Part shown: positions 12,856 through 26,398 of the stretch, piece after piece
Layout of the letters: each line of letters begins with the position of its first letter
How positions within the stretch are numbered: position 1 is the stretch's first letter
DNA from: Malacoraja senta
Taxonomy: Eukaryota
DNA length: 64,000 bases
Direction of reading: 5' to 3'
NCBI GenBank assembly: GCA_038087875.1
Contig: CM075996.1
Location: 9,364,001 to 9,428,000, forward strand
Position numbers and translations under genes: made by a program
The notes under the pieces: model-generated
What the model was told of the DNA's origin: nothing
What the model saw: the letters and a program-made list of their open reading frames with translations, nothing else
Database searches by the model: none

Positions 12856-13014
12856 CTCCAGGGGGGCGGTGTCGTGGTTCACCAGGAAGGACAATCCGGC
12901 CACGGGGACCAGGATAAACTCCACCCTGAATGTGTCATTCTCCCGGTCGAAGGTTGAGCTGTACTTCATGTAGATCAGGTAGAGGGTGATGTAGGCGCTG
13001 AGCAGAAAAATAAT
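12856..13014 (-). CDS. KDELR3: KDEL receptor 3 exon 3 (159 nt): IIFLLSAYITLYLIYMKYSSTFDRENDTFRVEFILVPVAGLSFLVNHDTAPLE
   Basis: Translated by hand: ttccag|ATT...GAG|gtgag. Phase 0/0, with the conserved DTFRxEF and NHD..PLE motifs. Confidence 0.93.
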
Positions 13015-13559
13015 CTGGAAAGCAAGTTGTAATACAAGTGGATTAGTTTAGTTTAGAGATCGCGCGCGGAAACAGGCCCTTCGGCCCTCCAGGTCCGTGC
13101 CGACCAGCGATCACCCGGTGCTACACAAACCAGGGACAATTTACAATTTTACTGAAGACAATTAACCTGCAAACCTTTACGTCTTTGGAATGTGGGAGGA
13201 ACCCGGAGCACCTGGAGAAAACCCACGTGGTCACGGGGAGAAACTCCGTACAGACAGCACCCGTAGTGAGGATCGAACCTGGGTCTCCGACGCTGTAATG
13301 CAGCAATTCTACCGCTGCACCACCGTGCCGTCCTGGCTGATGGGGTTACCGTCAGGTGAGATCAATAGCGTAGGGTTCCCAAATATTTACTTGGAGAACA
13401 ATTTGGTTCATCCAGGTCTGGGTGCTGGAGAAACAAGGTCTGGGGGTCAGGGTTACGGGGAGAAGGCAGGAGAATGGGGGTTAGGAGGGAGAGATAGATC
13501 AGCCATGATTGAATGGCAGAGTAGACTTGATGGGCCGAATGGCCCTAATTCTCGCTGCT

Positions 13560-13935
13560 GTCACCAAGTCGAGTAGTTGGAGCAGAAGAAGTCAAGTGAA
13601 GAGTGTTTAACTGTACCAACAACGGGATGATTACATTCATACTTGCTCCAGCATAACAGGCCTGTGCATGCAGGTCATGTATAATAAAAAATATTAATAA
13701 ATTAATAACATAAACTACAGCAAGAACCAAAGTCCCTAGTGCGATCAAAGACAGTTCTTAGTTGTGCTCCGTGGGCAGTGTTCAGGAGACTGATGGTTGT
13801 TGGGATCAGACTGTTCTTGAACTTGGGGGTCATGGCTTTCAGGCTTCTGTACCTTCTTCCCATTAGTAGGAGTGAGATTAGAGTGTGGTCAGGGTGGTGT
13901 GGGTCTTTGATGATACTGGCTGCCATTTTGAGGCA
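13560..13935 (-). mobile_element. Rex1/Babar- or L2-like LINE 3' fragment
   Basis: ORF 13702-14193 ends in IIKDPHHPDHTLISLL..GRRYRSL..KFKNSLIPTTISLLN, homologous to the C-terminus of the 62440-63204 ORF. Confidence 0.7.
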
Positions 13936-14124
13936 GGCAGCGCCTCCTGCAGGGCAGACAGAGAGTCTCATCGGTCGGCGTAACCGGGAGGGAGCTGGAG
14001 GCGTGGGACGGGAGGAGCAAGGGCCGGTGGGAGGGTGAACCGGGGCAATGTCTCCAGCGCCTTCACGGTCGCCTGCAGGGGCGCCCCCGAGACACAAAGA
14101 TGGTCGGGCGAGGAGAGGTTTAGT

Positions 14125-14618
14125 CAGTAGACAATAGGTGCTGGAGTAGGCCATTCGGCCCTTCGAGCCAGCACCACCAGTCAATGTAATCATGGCTGAT
14201 CATCCCCAATCAGTACCCCGTTCCTGCCTTCTCCCCATATCCCCTGACTCCTCTATTTTTAAGAGCCCTATCTAGCTCTCTCTTGAAAGCATCCAGAGAA
14301 CCTGCCTCCATCGCCCTCTGAGGCAGAGAATTCCACAGACTCACCACTCTCTGTGAGAAAAAGTGTTTCCTCGTATCCGTTCTAAATGGCTTACTCCTTA
14401 TTCTTAAACTGTGGCCCCTGGTTCTGGACTCCCCCAACATCAGGAACATGTTTCCTGCCTCTAGCGTGTCCAAGCCCTTAACAATCTTATATGTTTCAAT
14501 GAGATACCCTCTCATCCTTCTAAACTCCAGAGTGTATAAGCCCAGCTGCTCCATTCTCTCAGCATATGACAGTCCCGCCATCCCGGGAATTAACCTTGTA
14601 AACCTACGCTGCACTCCC
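14125..14618 (-). mobile_element. CR1 LINE 3' fragment
   Basis: ORF 14210-14614 encodes the CR1 ORF2 C-terminus, followed by a (CTATTGT)-type tail. Confidence 0.85.
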
Positions 14619-14939
14619 TAAGGAGACGAGAGGGACGTCGGTTCGCTGGAACTGCTCCAGTACATCGAGCGAGCGGACCAACCGGACTTTGGACTTCCCC
14701 ATAGTTGTCTCAGGAACTCACCGAGGCTGTGGACTTGGAACCAGAAATGGCGACACCCATATGTGTAATATATTAGGAGTACAGGTGCATGGTTCCTTGA
14801 AGGTTGAGTCGCAGGTAGATAAGTGGTCAAAAGGCTTTTGGTACATTGGCCTTCATCAGTCAGACGATTGAGTATGGCAGCTGGAAGGTCATGTTGCAGT
14901 TGTATAAGACGTTGGTGAGACCTTATTTTGAATATTGTA

Positions 14940-15555
14940 GGTAGATAAAAATGCTGGAGAAACTCAGCGGGTGAGGCAGCATCTATGGAGCGAAGGAAAT
15001 AGGCGACGTTTCGGGTCAAAACCCTTCTTCAGACTGATGTGAGGGGTGGGGGGGGGGGGCGGGAAGAAGAAAGGAAGAGGTGGAGCCAGTGGGCTGAGGG
15101 AGAGGTGAGAAGGGGAGGAGAAAGTAAGGACTACCTGAAATTAGAGAAATCAATGTTCATACCGCTGGGGTGTAAACTGCCCAAGCGAAATATGAGGTGC
15201 TGCTCCTCCAATTTACGGTGGGCCTCACTCTGACCATGGAGGAGGCCCAGGACAGAAAGGTCGGATTCGGAATGGGAGGGGGAGTTGAAGTGCTGAGCCA
15301 CCGGGAGATCAGGTTGGTTATTGCGAACCGAGCTAAGGTGTTGGGCGAAGCGATCGCCAAGCCTACGCTTGGTCTCACCGATGTAGAGCAGCTGATATCT
15401 AGAGCAGCGGATGCAATAGATGAGGTTGGAGGAGGTGCAGGTGAACCTCTGCAGCACCTGGAAAGACTGCTTGGGTCCTTGGATGGAGTCAAGGGGGGAG
15501 GTAAAGCGACAAGTGTAGCATTTCTTGTGGTTGCAAAAGGAAGTGCCCGGAGAGG
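14940..15555 (-). mobile_element. Penelope-like element: GIY-YIG endonuclease C-terminus plus pseudo-LTR
   Basis: ORF 15131-15457 contains FTCTSSNLIYCIRC..LLYIGETKRRLGDRFAQH..VAQHFN..LEEQHLIFRLGSLHPSGMN. Confidence 0.88.
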
Positions 15556-15902
15556 GGGTTCAGTTCTGGGCACCATGTTATCGGGAAGATGTTGCCAAGC
15601 TGGAAAAGGTACAGAGAAGATTTACGAGGATGTTGCCAGGACTAAAGGGTGTGAGCTATGGGGAGAGGTTGAGTAGGCTGGGACTCTATTCCCTGGAGCG
15701 CAGGAGGATGAAGGGTGATCTTAAAGAGGTGTATAAAATTGTGAGAGCATAGATGCACAGAGTCTCTTGCCCAGAGTTGGGTAATCGAGGACCAGTGGAC
15801 ATGGGTTTAAGGTGAAGGGGAAGAGATTTAATAGGAATCTGAGGAGCAACTATTTCACACAGAGGGTGGTGGGTGTATGGAACAAGCTGCCAGAGGAGGT
15901 AG

Positions 15903-16102
15903 NNNNNNNNNNNNNNNNNNNNNNNNNNNNNNNNNNNNNNNNNNNNNNNNNNNNNNNNNNNNNNNNNNNNNNNNNNNNNNNNNNNNNNNNNNNNNNNNNN
16001 NNNNNNNNNNNNNNNNNNNNNNNNNNNNNNNNNNNNNNNNNNNNNNNNNNNNNNNNNNNNNNNNNNNNNNNNNNNNNNNNNNNNNNNNNNNNNNNNNNNN
16101 NN
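15903..16102. other. Assembly gap (200 N)
   Basis: Run of exactly 200 N flanked by CR1 fragments in opposite orientation. Confidence 0.99.
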
Positions 16103-17258
16103 GGGAATTCCACAAATTCACAACTCACTGGGTGAAAAAGTTTTTTCTCACCTCAGTCTTAAATGGCCTCCCCTTTATTCTAAGACTGTGGCCCCTGGTT
16201 CTGGACTCGCCCAACATTGGGGACATTTTTCCTGCATTTAGCTTGTCCAGTCCTTTTATAATTTTATATGTCTCTATGAGATACCCCCTCAACCTTCTAA
16301 ACTCCAGTGAATACAAGCCTAGTCTTTTCAATCTTTCCTCATATGACAGTCCCGCCATCCCAGGGATTAATCTTGTGAATGCTGGAGATTAATCTTGTGA
16401 ACCTACGCTGCACTGCCTCAATCACAAGGATATCCTTCCTCAAATTCGGTGACCAAAACTGTACGCAATACTCTTAACCATATAACATATAACCATATAA
16501 CAATTACAGCACGGAAACAGGCCATCTCGGCCCTTCTAGTCCGTGCCGAACACTAACTCTCACCTAGTCCCATCTACCTGCGCTCAGACCATAACCCTCC
16601 ATTCCTTTCCTGTCCATATATCTATCCAATTTATTTTTAAATGATAAAATCGAACCTGCCTCCACCACTTCCACTGGAAGCTCATTCCACACAGCTACCA
16701 CTCTCTGAGTAAAGAAGTTCCCCCTCATGTTACCCCTAAACATTTGTCCCTTAATTCTCAAATCATGTCCTCTTGTTTGAATCTTCCCTACTCACAATGG
16801 AAAAAGCTTATCCACGTCAACTCTGTCTATCCCTCTCATCATTTTAAAGACCTCTATCAAGTCCCCCCTTAACCTTCTGCGCTCCAAAGAATAAAGACCT
16901 ATCTTGTTCAACCTTTCTCTGTAACTTAGGTGCTGAAACCCAGGCAACATTCTAGTAAATCTCCTCTGTGCTCTCTCTATTTTGTTCACATCTTTCCTAT
17001 AATTTGGCGACCAAAATTGTACTCCATACTCCAGAATTGGCCTCACCAATGCCCTGTACAATTTTAACATTACATCCCAACTTCTATACTCAATGCTCTG
17101 ATTTATAAAGGCCAGCACACCAAAAGCTTTCTTTACCACCCTATCTACATGAGATTCCACCTTCAAGGAACTATGCAGTTATTCCTAGATCCCTCTGTTC
17201 CACTGCATTCCTCAATTCGCTACCATTTACCATGTACGTCCTATTTTGATTTGTCCTG
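16103..17258 (-). mobile_element. Two CR1 LINE 3' fragments
   Basis: ORFs 16125-16358, 16564-16761 and 16792-17166. A (TATATGGT/TATATGT) tail lies near 16475-16500. Confidence 0.85.
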
Positions 17259-19479
17259 CCATTTGTCCGCCACTCTTGTTAACTTCCAGTTTGCGTGGTT
17301 TTTTTATTTGCGCAAAAACGGTATGCGATAGCGCTACGATTTTTCACCAGCTCACTCACCGTTCTCTTGTGCTGCGAGTGCACTAAGTTTCGTTCCGATT
17401 GGTGGTCTGATGTAAAAGTCACGAGGTTCTTTTAAAAAAAAAAAAAATAATTTATTTTTTATTTTTATTTTTTTTAATTTTATTTATTAGAAGCACATTA
17501 CGTTACAACCACATCCATTAGTACTCGTCACATATATTTTATTACAATTAATGTACTCCGTTTTTTTTTTTTACATTGATAAAGGGAGAGGATAAGATTA
17601 AGAGAAAGAGGAAAGTGAAGGAAAAGGTGAAAGTGTTAAAAAAAAACAAAAAAACGTGACAACAAGAAAGAACAAAGACCCTATAAGAAAAAGAGTTAAG
17701 AAATAGACCCTAGAAAAGAAGAAGAAAAAGAGAAAGGAAAAAGAGAAGAACAAATACCTTTTTTATCAGCATCCCGCAAATGGACATACCAAATCTCCAA
17801 TTTTCATCCCCCCCTACCCGACCTCAGTTTTTTTAAAGTACCTTTGCACCCTATATTTGTAATAATTCTATAAATGCCGACCACGTCAGGTGGAAGTGAT
17901 CTGGTTTTACCTGCTGGGAGGAGTCTTATCTCTTCTAGGTGTAATGTTTCAAACATATTTGAAATCCACATATTTATAGTTGGTATTGGAGCATTTTTCC
18001 AAAATTTTAGGATTAACTTTTTTCCAGTTATTAACCCATAGTCTATTAGTTTCTTTTGAAACACATTTAGTTCTGGACCATCTTCCGTTATTCCAAAGAT
18101 AATCCATTCTGCTTTGGGTATCAGTTTTATTTTAAATAATTTTGTAAAGATTTCAAAAATGTCAATCCAAAATTTTTGAATTTTTGTACAAAAGACAAAT
18201 GAATGAGTGCGCTATAGTAGCTTCTTGAGATTGACATTTATCACAGTTTGATGATATATTTGGGAAAATTTTATGGATTTTAGTTTTAGAATAGTATAAT
18301 CTATGTAACATTTTGAATTGTATTAAAGTATGTCTTACATTTATCGAACATTTATGCACTTTTAATAAGTATTCATTCCACTTTTCCTTTGAGATTTTAA
18401 TAGCTAAATCTTGTTCCCATTCTCTTCTAATACCTTCCGTAGATGGTATTTCTACATTTAAGATAATATTATACAAATATGATATTGAATTTGCTGAATC
18501 AGCTTTTATCTGCATTGCATCATCCAAAACATCTACTGGGCTATTATAATGATCTTTTATATATTTTTTTCAAATAGTCACATATTTGAAAATATTTAAA
18601 ATATTGATTATTTCCAAGTTTATATTTTATTTGTCACCGAGGTTCACCCAGAGAGTTGTGAATTTGTGGAATTCCCTGCCACAGAGGGCAGTGGAGGCCA
18701 AATCACTGGATGGATTTAAGAGAGAGTTAGATAGAGCTCTAGGGGCTAGTGGAGTCAGGGGATATGGGGGGAAGGCAGGCACGGGTTATTGATTGGGGAC
18801 CACAATGAATGGCGGTGCTGGCTCGAGGGGCTGAATGGCCTCCTCCTGCACCTATTTTCTGTTTCAAAATCTTAAAAACCGCGCGTGCGCAGATCAATCT
18901 CCTCTCCTGCCAGTGAGCCATGGATCGGTCTTTTCTCCTGTCACTCCACGGGACGGTCCGCCCCTTCCTGCGCCATCACATCTTTACTGGAGCTGAGGAT
19001 GGCCGACACAATTTTCGGAGGGACTGGAAACGTCCCGGCCCAGCGGGGGAGATGTCGCCAAACGGAAAGGGGAGACTCTGATCCTGGCGGAGGAGAAAGA
19101 CAAACGCCCAGCGCCCGCTGTGAGCCCCCTTCGCACTATCAGCTCCATCCCCTTCCCCTCTGGTCCCCCTCACTGGCTCCTGCTCCCTCCCCCGTGATAG
19201 CCCCCACCCCCTCATCCCCCGTCTTTTCTCTGTGCTCTCACCCCCGCCCCCCGCCCCCACCACACCACTCCCCCCTGCCCCCACACCATCCTCCCCCTGC
19301 CCACACACCCCCTCCCCCCACAAACCACCCATGGCCAAAGCCACCCCCCCCCCCAAATAATGTGGTGGAATAATGCATTGGGGGAATGGGTGAGTGGTGG
19401 AATATTACATTGGGGAATGGGTTGCGTTGCGGGACCAGGCCTCCTGTGTGACTGGGACCCAACGGGTCCCACAGTCTAG
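17259..19479 (+). mobile_element. Non-autonomous Helitron-like element, interrupted by L1 and CR1 fragments
   Basis: The 3' end has the hairpin TGGGACCC-AAC-GGGTCCCA (19453-19471), then CTAG (19476-19479), then T, which is the canonical Helitron 3' end. The 5' TC end is not seen. Joining 17259-17428 to 18862-19479 is inferred. Confidence 0.55.
17434..18636 (-). mobile_element. L1/Tx1-clade LINE 3' fragment (ORF2 C-terminal zinc-binding region and A-rich tail)
   Basis: ORF 18162-18527 contains WEQDL..IQFKMLHRLY..CDKC..AHSF. ORF 17804-18064 contains KKLILKFWK. A T-rich tract at 17451-17490 reads as a poly(A)-like tail on the minus strand. Confidence 0.8.
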
Positions 19480-21106
19480 TTACAAATAAATCTGATTCCT
19501 GATATCTTTTGTCCCCAGTAATCAAGGGACATTTGGCTTAATCTTTTACTCTTTCAGGACCACACTGGCCCTGATCTCTCACTGTGAAATGTAGACCTCT
19601 CCTAATGTATTTTTTACCCTGGTACCATCTAGTTTAGTTTGGTTTAGTGACACAGGTCCTTCATCCCACCGAGTCCCCACCGACCAGCGATCCCCGCACA
19701 CTAACACTGTCCTACACACACTAGGGACAATTTACAATTTTTACTGACGCTAATTAACCTACAAACCTGTCCATTTTTGGAATGTGGGAGGAAACCAGAG
19801 GACCCAGAGAAAACCCACGCAGTCACTGGGAGAACGTACAAATTCTGAACAGACAGCACCCGTAGTCATGATCGAACCCGGGTCTCTGGAACTGTAAGGC
19901 AGCAACTCTACTGCTGTGCTGCCCAATTTCTATTGATATTAGAAACATAGACAATAGGTGCAGGAGTAGGCCTTTCAGCCCTTCGAGCCAGCACCGCCAT
20001 TCAATATGATCATGGGCTGACCAATTAACATCAATACCCCGTTCCTGCTTTCTCCCCATATCCCTTGATTCCACAAGCCCGTAGAGGTATATCTAACTCT
20101 ATTGAAATTGGCCTCCTCCCTTCCCCACCCCACCTCAAGTCAGGACCTTCATTCTGGTGCATACTTCCCCTTTCCACAAGCACTCTGAATCAGGAGGTCT
20201 GCTCCAGCCTCCACGATGTTGTCCCACCCACACTACCTTCACTTGTCCAGCTTCATTCACGGGGAAGCTGCCCTTTACAAACTAGCCCAAAAATCCCACC
20301 CGGCTGAACTCAGAAAAACAGTCCCCTCCCCCTGAACCTTTCATGCCTGGACTGTGGAAATGTTGTGTTATATCCCCATTACTCTGACATGAAGAAGCCT
20401 GTAATATAACACCATCCCGATCGCCCAATGTCACCTTGTTTGATGAGATCACCAGGATATCCTGCCTCAATACTGCAATTATATCCTCCTCAAAGCAATA
20501 CAATAAATCTATTTCAGTATTCAGTTCAGTATTTACTTTAATGTCATTTTAACTTACATACACAGATGAAACGAAAAATTGTTTCTCAATCAGTTCCCGT
20601 CAGTGCAGTTAATAAAAACAGAATAAATACATATAGCTTTAAAAATTAAAATGACCATATTTAAAATAGGCCTAATAATTGAAATAAAAACAGACATTCA
20701 GACCGAACAGTGGCTTTGCTTTGACAGGTGCCTAGCTGTCAAAGTATGGGCGAGGTTAGATGTGTTGGTGTATGATATATGGGGAGGGGACACAGTCCAT
20801 TAACCAGTCTTATTGCCTGTGGGAAGAAGCTGTTTAGCATCCTGCTGGTTCTGCAGCTGATGCTCCTGTACCTCTTCCCAGATGGCGGAGAAGATGTGGT
20901 GTGATGGATGATAGTGGTCCTTAATAATGGAGATGGCTCTGCTGATGCTCCTCTTCTGATAGATCTCCAACAGGAAAGGGAAATTTTGCATCCTTGTGGT
21001 CACCACACCACGAGATGCCTCACCCTAGATTGTCAACCATGACTCAGTGATCACATCAGTTCCACATTCACTTGTGCTGATCAATGCTCGCAGTTCACCT
21101 GCCTTA

Positions 21107-21226
21107 AAGCCCTGTCCCACGGTACGAGTTCATTCCAAGAGCTCTCCCGAGTTTGCCCTGATACCACGAGTTAGATTTTTTTTAAACTCGGGAGAGCTCT
21201 TAGGAATGATCTCGTACCGTGGGACA
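21107..21226. mobile_element. Internally deleted Harbinger-type MITE (AAGCCCTGTCCCACGGT family), nearly a pure hairpin
   Basis: Same terminus as 43150-43466. Preceded by TTA; right TIR truncated. Confidence 0.7.
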
Positions 21227-22349
21227 TACCTGTCGGGCTCCTTGCACAGTTAGTTTAGTTTAGTTTAGAGATACAGTGCGGAAACAGGCCCTTCGGCCCA
21301 TCGAGTCCGTGCCGACCAGCGATCGCCGCACACTAGGGATAATGTATTTACATTTACACCAAGCCAATTAGCCTACAAACCTGTACGTCTTTGGAGTGTG
21401 GAGGAAACCGAAGATTTGAGAGGAAAAAAACCCATGCAGGTCAGGGGGAGAACGTACAAACTCCATACAGACAGCATCCCTTGTTAGGATCGAACCTGGG
21501 TCACTGGCGCTGTGAGGCAGCAACTCTACCTGGCCGCGCTCTATAATCCGAGATCTAACTCCCTACATTCAAGCTGCAGGACATCACCCCTCTTTTCACC
21601 AAAGTGGACCATGACCTCTAGCTGTTTGGCCACCCCTTTAAAAAGTCCGGTGACCTCGCGACCCAGGCTCCAAGGAGGCAACAGTGATCCACTTAAAAGT
21701 TGCCTTGAAATTGACATGCAGAAAAAAGCTGCCTTGGGGGAAAAAAATCTAGGCGAGAAAAACAGTAATGTAACCTCCCAGCAGTAGTCAGACACCATTG
21801 TCCCTGAAGAAAACGGTTGCTACTTTAACGAATTGACAAGCAGTCGTTTCTATTATCTATCCTGAGAAGACACCCCATTAAAAAAAGATCTTTTGTTATT
21901 TTAAGAAAAATAATTCAGTTACTGAGAGTCTGAAACACACTAGCCACTAATGTCTTTCACCCCAGTGGCACAACTGTTTTTCTATAACACGAGGTTTCTC
22001 AGCTTATTGCGTTATGATAAATTCGAAGACAGCTGTGGAAGAAATGATGCTGTCGTTTTTCTGTCTTCCCTTTTATACACCCAAAAACACCTTTGTCCAG
22101 GCAATTGAAACTACTTTTCAATTAATATAAGTGAACACAAGAGGGCAACATTAGAGACAACTGATGCTGGAATCTTTAGCAAAATACTGGAGGGGCTCAG
22201 CAGGTCAGGCAGCATCTGTGGAGGTAAATGGATAGACGATATTTTTGGTTTGGACTTTTCTTCAGTCTGCTTTTTATCTGTCTCCACAGTTGCTGCCCGA
22301 CCCGCTGAGTTCTTCTGCCATATGTTTATTGCTCAACTCTAGTCCCCAG

Positions 22350-23745
22350 TCATGCAGCGTGGAAACAGGCCCCGTCGGCCCAACTTGCCCACACACCGAT
22401 CAACATGTCCCCATCTACACTAATCCCATGTAACTGCGTTTGGCCCATATCCCTCTAAACCTTTCATATTCATGTACCTGTCTAATTGCTTCTTAAACAT
22501 TGTTAAGGGCCTGTCCCACTGTGGCAACCTAATTGGCGAGTTTAGAAGAGTTTGCCCTCGACTCATACTCGCAACGTGGTCGACACGAGGTCCTAGGAAG
22601 TCTTTGTAACTCTCCTTCATGCTCGAGAGTGGTCCCCGCGTACTCCAGGCCTCAGCTAGGTCGCGGCCTATTTTTCAACATGCTGAAAAATGTCCGCCAG
22701 TAAAAAAAGGTCGGCATGGAAAAAAAACCCAATATTTTTTTACTCGTAGGTTTAGTCAAAGTAGGTCGTAGTAGGTCGGCATGTTAGTCGTAGGTAATCG
22801 AAGGTAGTCGTGGATAGTCTTCAACATAGTCGAAGGGAGGTCGAAGGAGATCGAAGGAGGTCGTCTTCACTCTCCACTAATCGGTGTCCAATTTTCCCGA
22901 AGCTAGTCGAAGCTAGTCTTCAACATGACACTTTTTCAAACTCTCCTAAACTCGGCAATTAGGTCGCCGCAGTGGGACAGCCCCTTTATAGTCCCAGCCT
23001 CAACTACCTCCTCTGGCAGCTTGTTCCATACACCCACCATCCTTTGTGTGAAAAAGTTACCCCTCAGGTTCCTATAAAATATTTCCCCTTCACCTTAAAC
23101 CCATGTCCTCTGGTCCTCGATTCCCCCACTCTGGACAAGAGACTGTGCGTCCACCCGATCTATACCTCTCATGATTTTATACATCTCTATAAGATCATCC
23201 CTCCTTTGCTCCGTAATAGAGTCACAGCTTACTCAACCTCTCCTTGTAACTCAGACACTCTAGCCCTGGCAACATCTTCGTAAATCTTCTCTGTACCCTT
23301 TCCGACTTGACAACATCTTTCCTATAACATGGTGCCCAGAGCAGAACACAATACTCTAAATGTGGCCTCACCAGCATCTTATACAACTGCAACATGACCT
23401 CCCAACGTCTACACTCAATACTCTGACTGATGAAGGCCGATGTGTCAAAAGCATTTTTGACCACCTTATCTACCTGTGCCGCCACCTTCAAGGAACTTTG
23501 TATGGGTGCTCCTAGATCCCTCTGCTCTTCAACACTCCCCAGAGCCCTACCATTCACTGTGTAGGTCCTGCCCATGTTAGACTTCCCAAAATAAAACAGC
23601 ACACAGTTCTCTGTATTAAATTCCATCAACCATTCCTCAGCCCACCTGGCCAAATCGATCAAGATCCTGCTGCAATTTTTGACACCCATCTTCACTATAC
23701 AATACCACCCACTTTTGTATCATCTGCAAATTTGCTAATCTTACT
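22350..23745 (-). mobile_element. CR1 LINE 3' fragment split by a MITE
   Basis: ORF 23222-23695 encodes part of CR1 ORF2. The sequence is continuous across 22506-22985. Confidence 0.85.
22506..22985. mobile_element. PIF/Harbinger-type MITE
   Basis: TIRs AGGGCCTGTCCCACTG / CAGTGGGACAGCCCCT. TTA duplicated at 22503-22505 and 22986-22988. Confidence 0.85.
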
Positions 23746-25722
23746 ATCTACATTCTCATCGATATGGATGTCGATATAGATATCAAGATATCTTGTCTGC
23801 CTGCTCTCCTGAAGTAGTGAGATCCAAATGAAGGCTTCAAGCCTGCCAGGACGTCACTGTAAAAGTCACTCACCTTGACAACCGGAAGGTGGTCTTGGAG
23901 GAGAGGATGCTCCTCAAACTGTGAAGCATCCTGGACAATACAGCTCACCCCCTCCACGACACACTGGTCAACCTGAGGAGCACCTTCAGCAACAGACTGG
24001 TTCCTCCAAGATGCAGCACAGAACGCCACAGGAGATCCTTCTTCCCTGTGGCTATCAAACTGTACAACTCCTCCCCCTTCTGTCGTGGGGTAGACTGACT
24101 CCCCCTCCCCCATCAATCTTTATACATCCCCAATCCTTTCCACTCTTCACTTTAATTTCACGTTTCATGTATTTTGTGCTTTTATGCCAGTTGGCAGATC
24201 AATTTCCCTCCTGGGATAAACAAAGTTCTATCACATCGTATTTAAACTTCGGAAGATATTAAAATGAAATTCAACACACCTCGATGGAGATGAGAGTGGG
24301 AGGGCAGCCATGGCTGGTGTTGAACAAACTCACGCTGAAAGTTCACTCATCCACTTATTCATTCATGTTGTCAAATACAAGGCAGCAGCCTGGGGACCTG
24401 GCACGGACGCCACAGAATAGTCACGCCACAGAAGCAGGCCATTCGGTCCGTCAGGCCATACTGGCCCCGTCACACGCTTCGCTGCAGCTGCAAATGCCCC
24501 CCCCCCTTGTGGAATTTGGATTGAAAGATGCAGCGTGTAAACGGGCCCTTCGGCCCACCCATTCTATGCCAGCCATCAATCAGCCGTTCACCACTAGTTC
24601 CATGTTATCCCACTTTCCCCAACACAATTAACTTACAAACCCGCACGTCTTTGGGATGTGGGAGGAAACCGGAGACAGCACCTGAGATCAGGGTTGAACT
24701 CGGGTCTCTGGTGCTGTGAGGTAGGATCTCTACTGGCCGTGTCGCTAGATTTAAATGTTTTTCTGGGTGTTACGCAGGTGATTTTAGCAGGAAAAGCCAA
24801 ATGCCTTTGCCCATATTCCCATCAGTGACACAGGCTAGTATCTGGTTTTCGCTGGATTCCTGAATGCCCCTTATATTAGTTAAAACAGCACCCCAACCCT
24901 GCCCACCTTCACCACTGACATGCACAGGAAGACTGAGGTTAGTTTAGAGCGTGGAAACGGACCCTTCTGCCCACTAAATCCGCACTGACTGCGACCCCAC
25001 ACTAACACGATCCTACACACACTAGGGACAATTTACATTTATACCAAGCCAATTAACCTACAAACCCGTACGTCTTTGCAGTGTGGGAGGTAACCGGTGC
25101 ACCAGGAGAAAACCCACGCAGTCACAGGGAGAACGTACAAACTCCGTCGAGACAGCACCCATAGTCAGGATCGAACCTGGTCTCTGGCGCTGTAAATGCT
25201 TGTAAGGCAGCAACTCTACCGCTGCGCCACCGTGCCTTCCACCGAGCTCTAGCTTTGGTTCTATCCAAGTGAACGGATGGATTGGTTTTTATTCTCACAT
25301 ATGTAATTAAACATTACATAGTGAAATTCAATTTGCATTTAATGCCGCTGCTGCCATGTTTGTGCCATTTCATCGAGTTCACAGTCCTGGCCCGGCCAGG
25401 CGTAGCCGTGGTGACCTCCGCCGCTGCAGTCCACTAGCTCGGCCTCTTGGTGCAGTGCCCGGTCCAGCCGAGCCCTAGGCTGCTGCAGGGCCTCCAACGG
25501 CCCACTCCCCCGTCGAGGCCGCTCGCTCACTCCCTCCCTCCCGCAGTCTCTCCACCCCAGGCGGGCCAGCCGGGTCTATAGGTGGGTTCCCAGTCCGTGC
25601 TGGGCTTACCTGGAGGTCCCTGCATCCACGGGCCTTCCCTGATCCAAGCCCCAGTGAGCACGCAGCCACAAGTGAAGTGAATCAATGCCAGCCAATGCCC
25701 ACTGCCAGTAACCCAGTGTTCC

Positions 25723-25728
25723 TTTATT
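25723..25728 (-). promoter_or_regulatory. Candidate SGSM3 polyadenylation signal (AATAAA on minus strand)
   Basis: TTTATT on plus strand, about 1.65 kb downstream of the SGSM3 stop in non-repetitive sequence. No transcript evidence. Confidence 0.3.
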
Positions 25729-25964
25729 ACTTATATACAAATAGCTCACATGATATAACGTTTTTACATACAGACTGCGCCATGATCAAATAAAAATCAG
25801 GGAAGACGAGGAATAAATTAAAACTTGCGATCATCAGATTCAAACTGTGGTTTAATCTCTAAAATCCGTTATCCCACAACCCTGCACTGCAATCAAATCC
25901 TCGCGCCAAACTCTGAATTAAACTCCCTTCCCTTTGGGAATGCTTGAAAGAGGGAGAATACTTT

Positions 25965-26398
25965 GCCTACGAAGATAGACACAAAATGCTGGAGTAACTC
26001 AGCGGGACGGGCAGCATCTTTGGAGGGAAGGAATGGGTGACGTTTCGGGTTGAGACCCTTCTTCAGACTGAGAGTTAAGGGAGAGGGAGACGCAGAGTTA
26101 AGGGAGAGGGAGTCTAGAGATAAGGGAGTGTAAGGTGTGAAAACGAGACATGAAAAGAGATGAAGTTCAAGGACAATGTATACTAGATCATTGTTAGCTG
26201 GAAGGTGACCACGAGGTATACAGAGATAAAATGTAATCAGGGGGTCAGTCAGACTGGTCGGAGAACGAGGATGGGGGATGGAGAGAGAGGGAAAGCAAGG
26301 GCTACTTGAAGTTAGAGAAGTCAATGTTCATACTGCTGGGGTGTAAACTACTCAAGTGAAATACGAGGTGTTGTCCCTCCACTTTGCGTTGGGCCTCT
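25965..26398 (-). mobile_element. Penelope-like pseudo-LTR plus end of the GIY-YIG ORF
   Basis: Similar to 10765-11200 and 14940-15230. Confidence 0.75.

Noticed and set aside
15812..16392. ORFs with X runs
   Set aside because: Artefacts of the N gap.
18885..19525. Pro-rich and Gly-rich ORFs
   Set aside because: C-rich low-complexity interior of the Helitron-like repeat.
23866..23900. Strong minus-strand donor (GTCAAG|gtgagt) as a candidate KDELR3 exon 2 end
   Set aside because: The upstream sequence is a LINE 3' fragment and does not encode KDELR residues 31-64.
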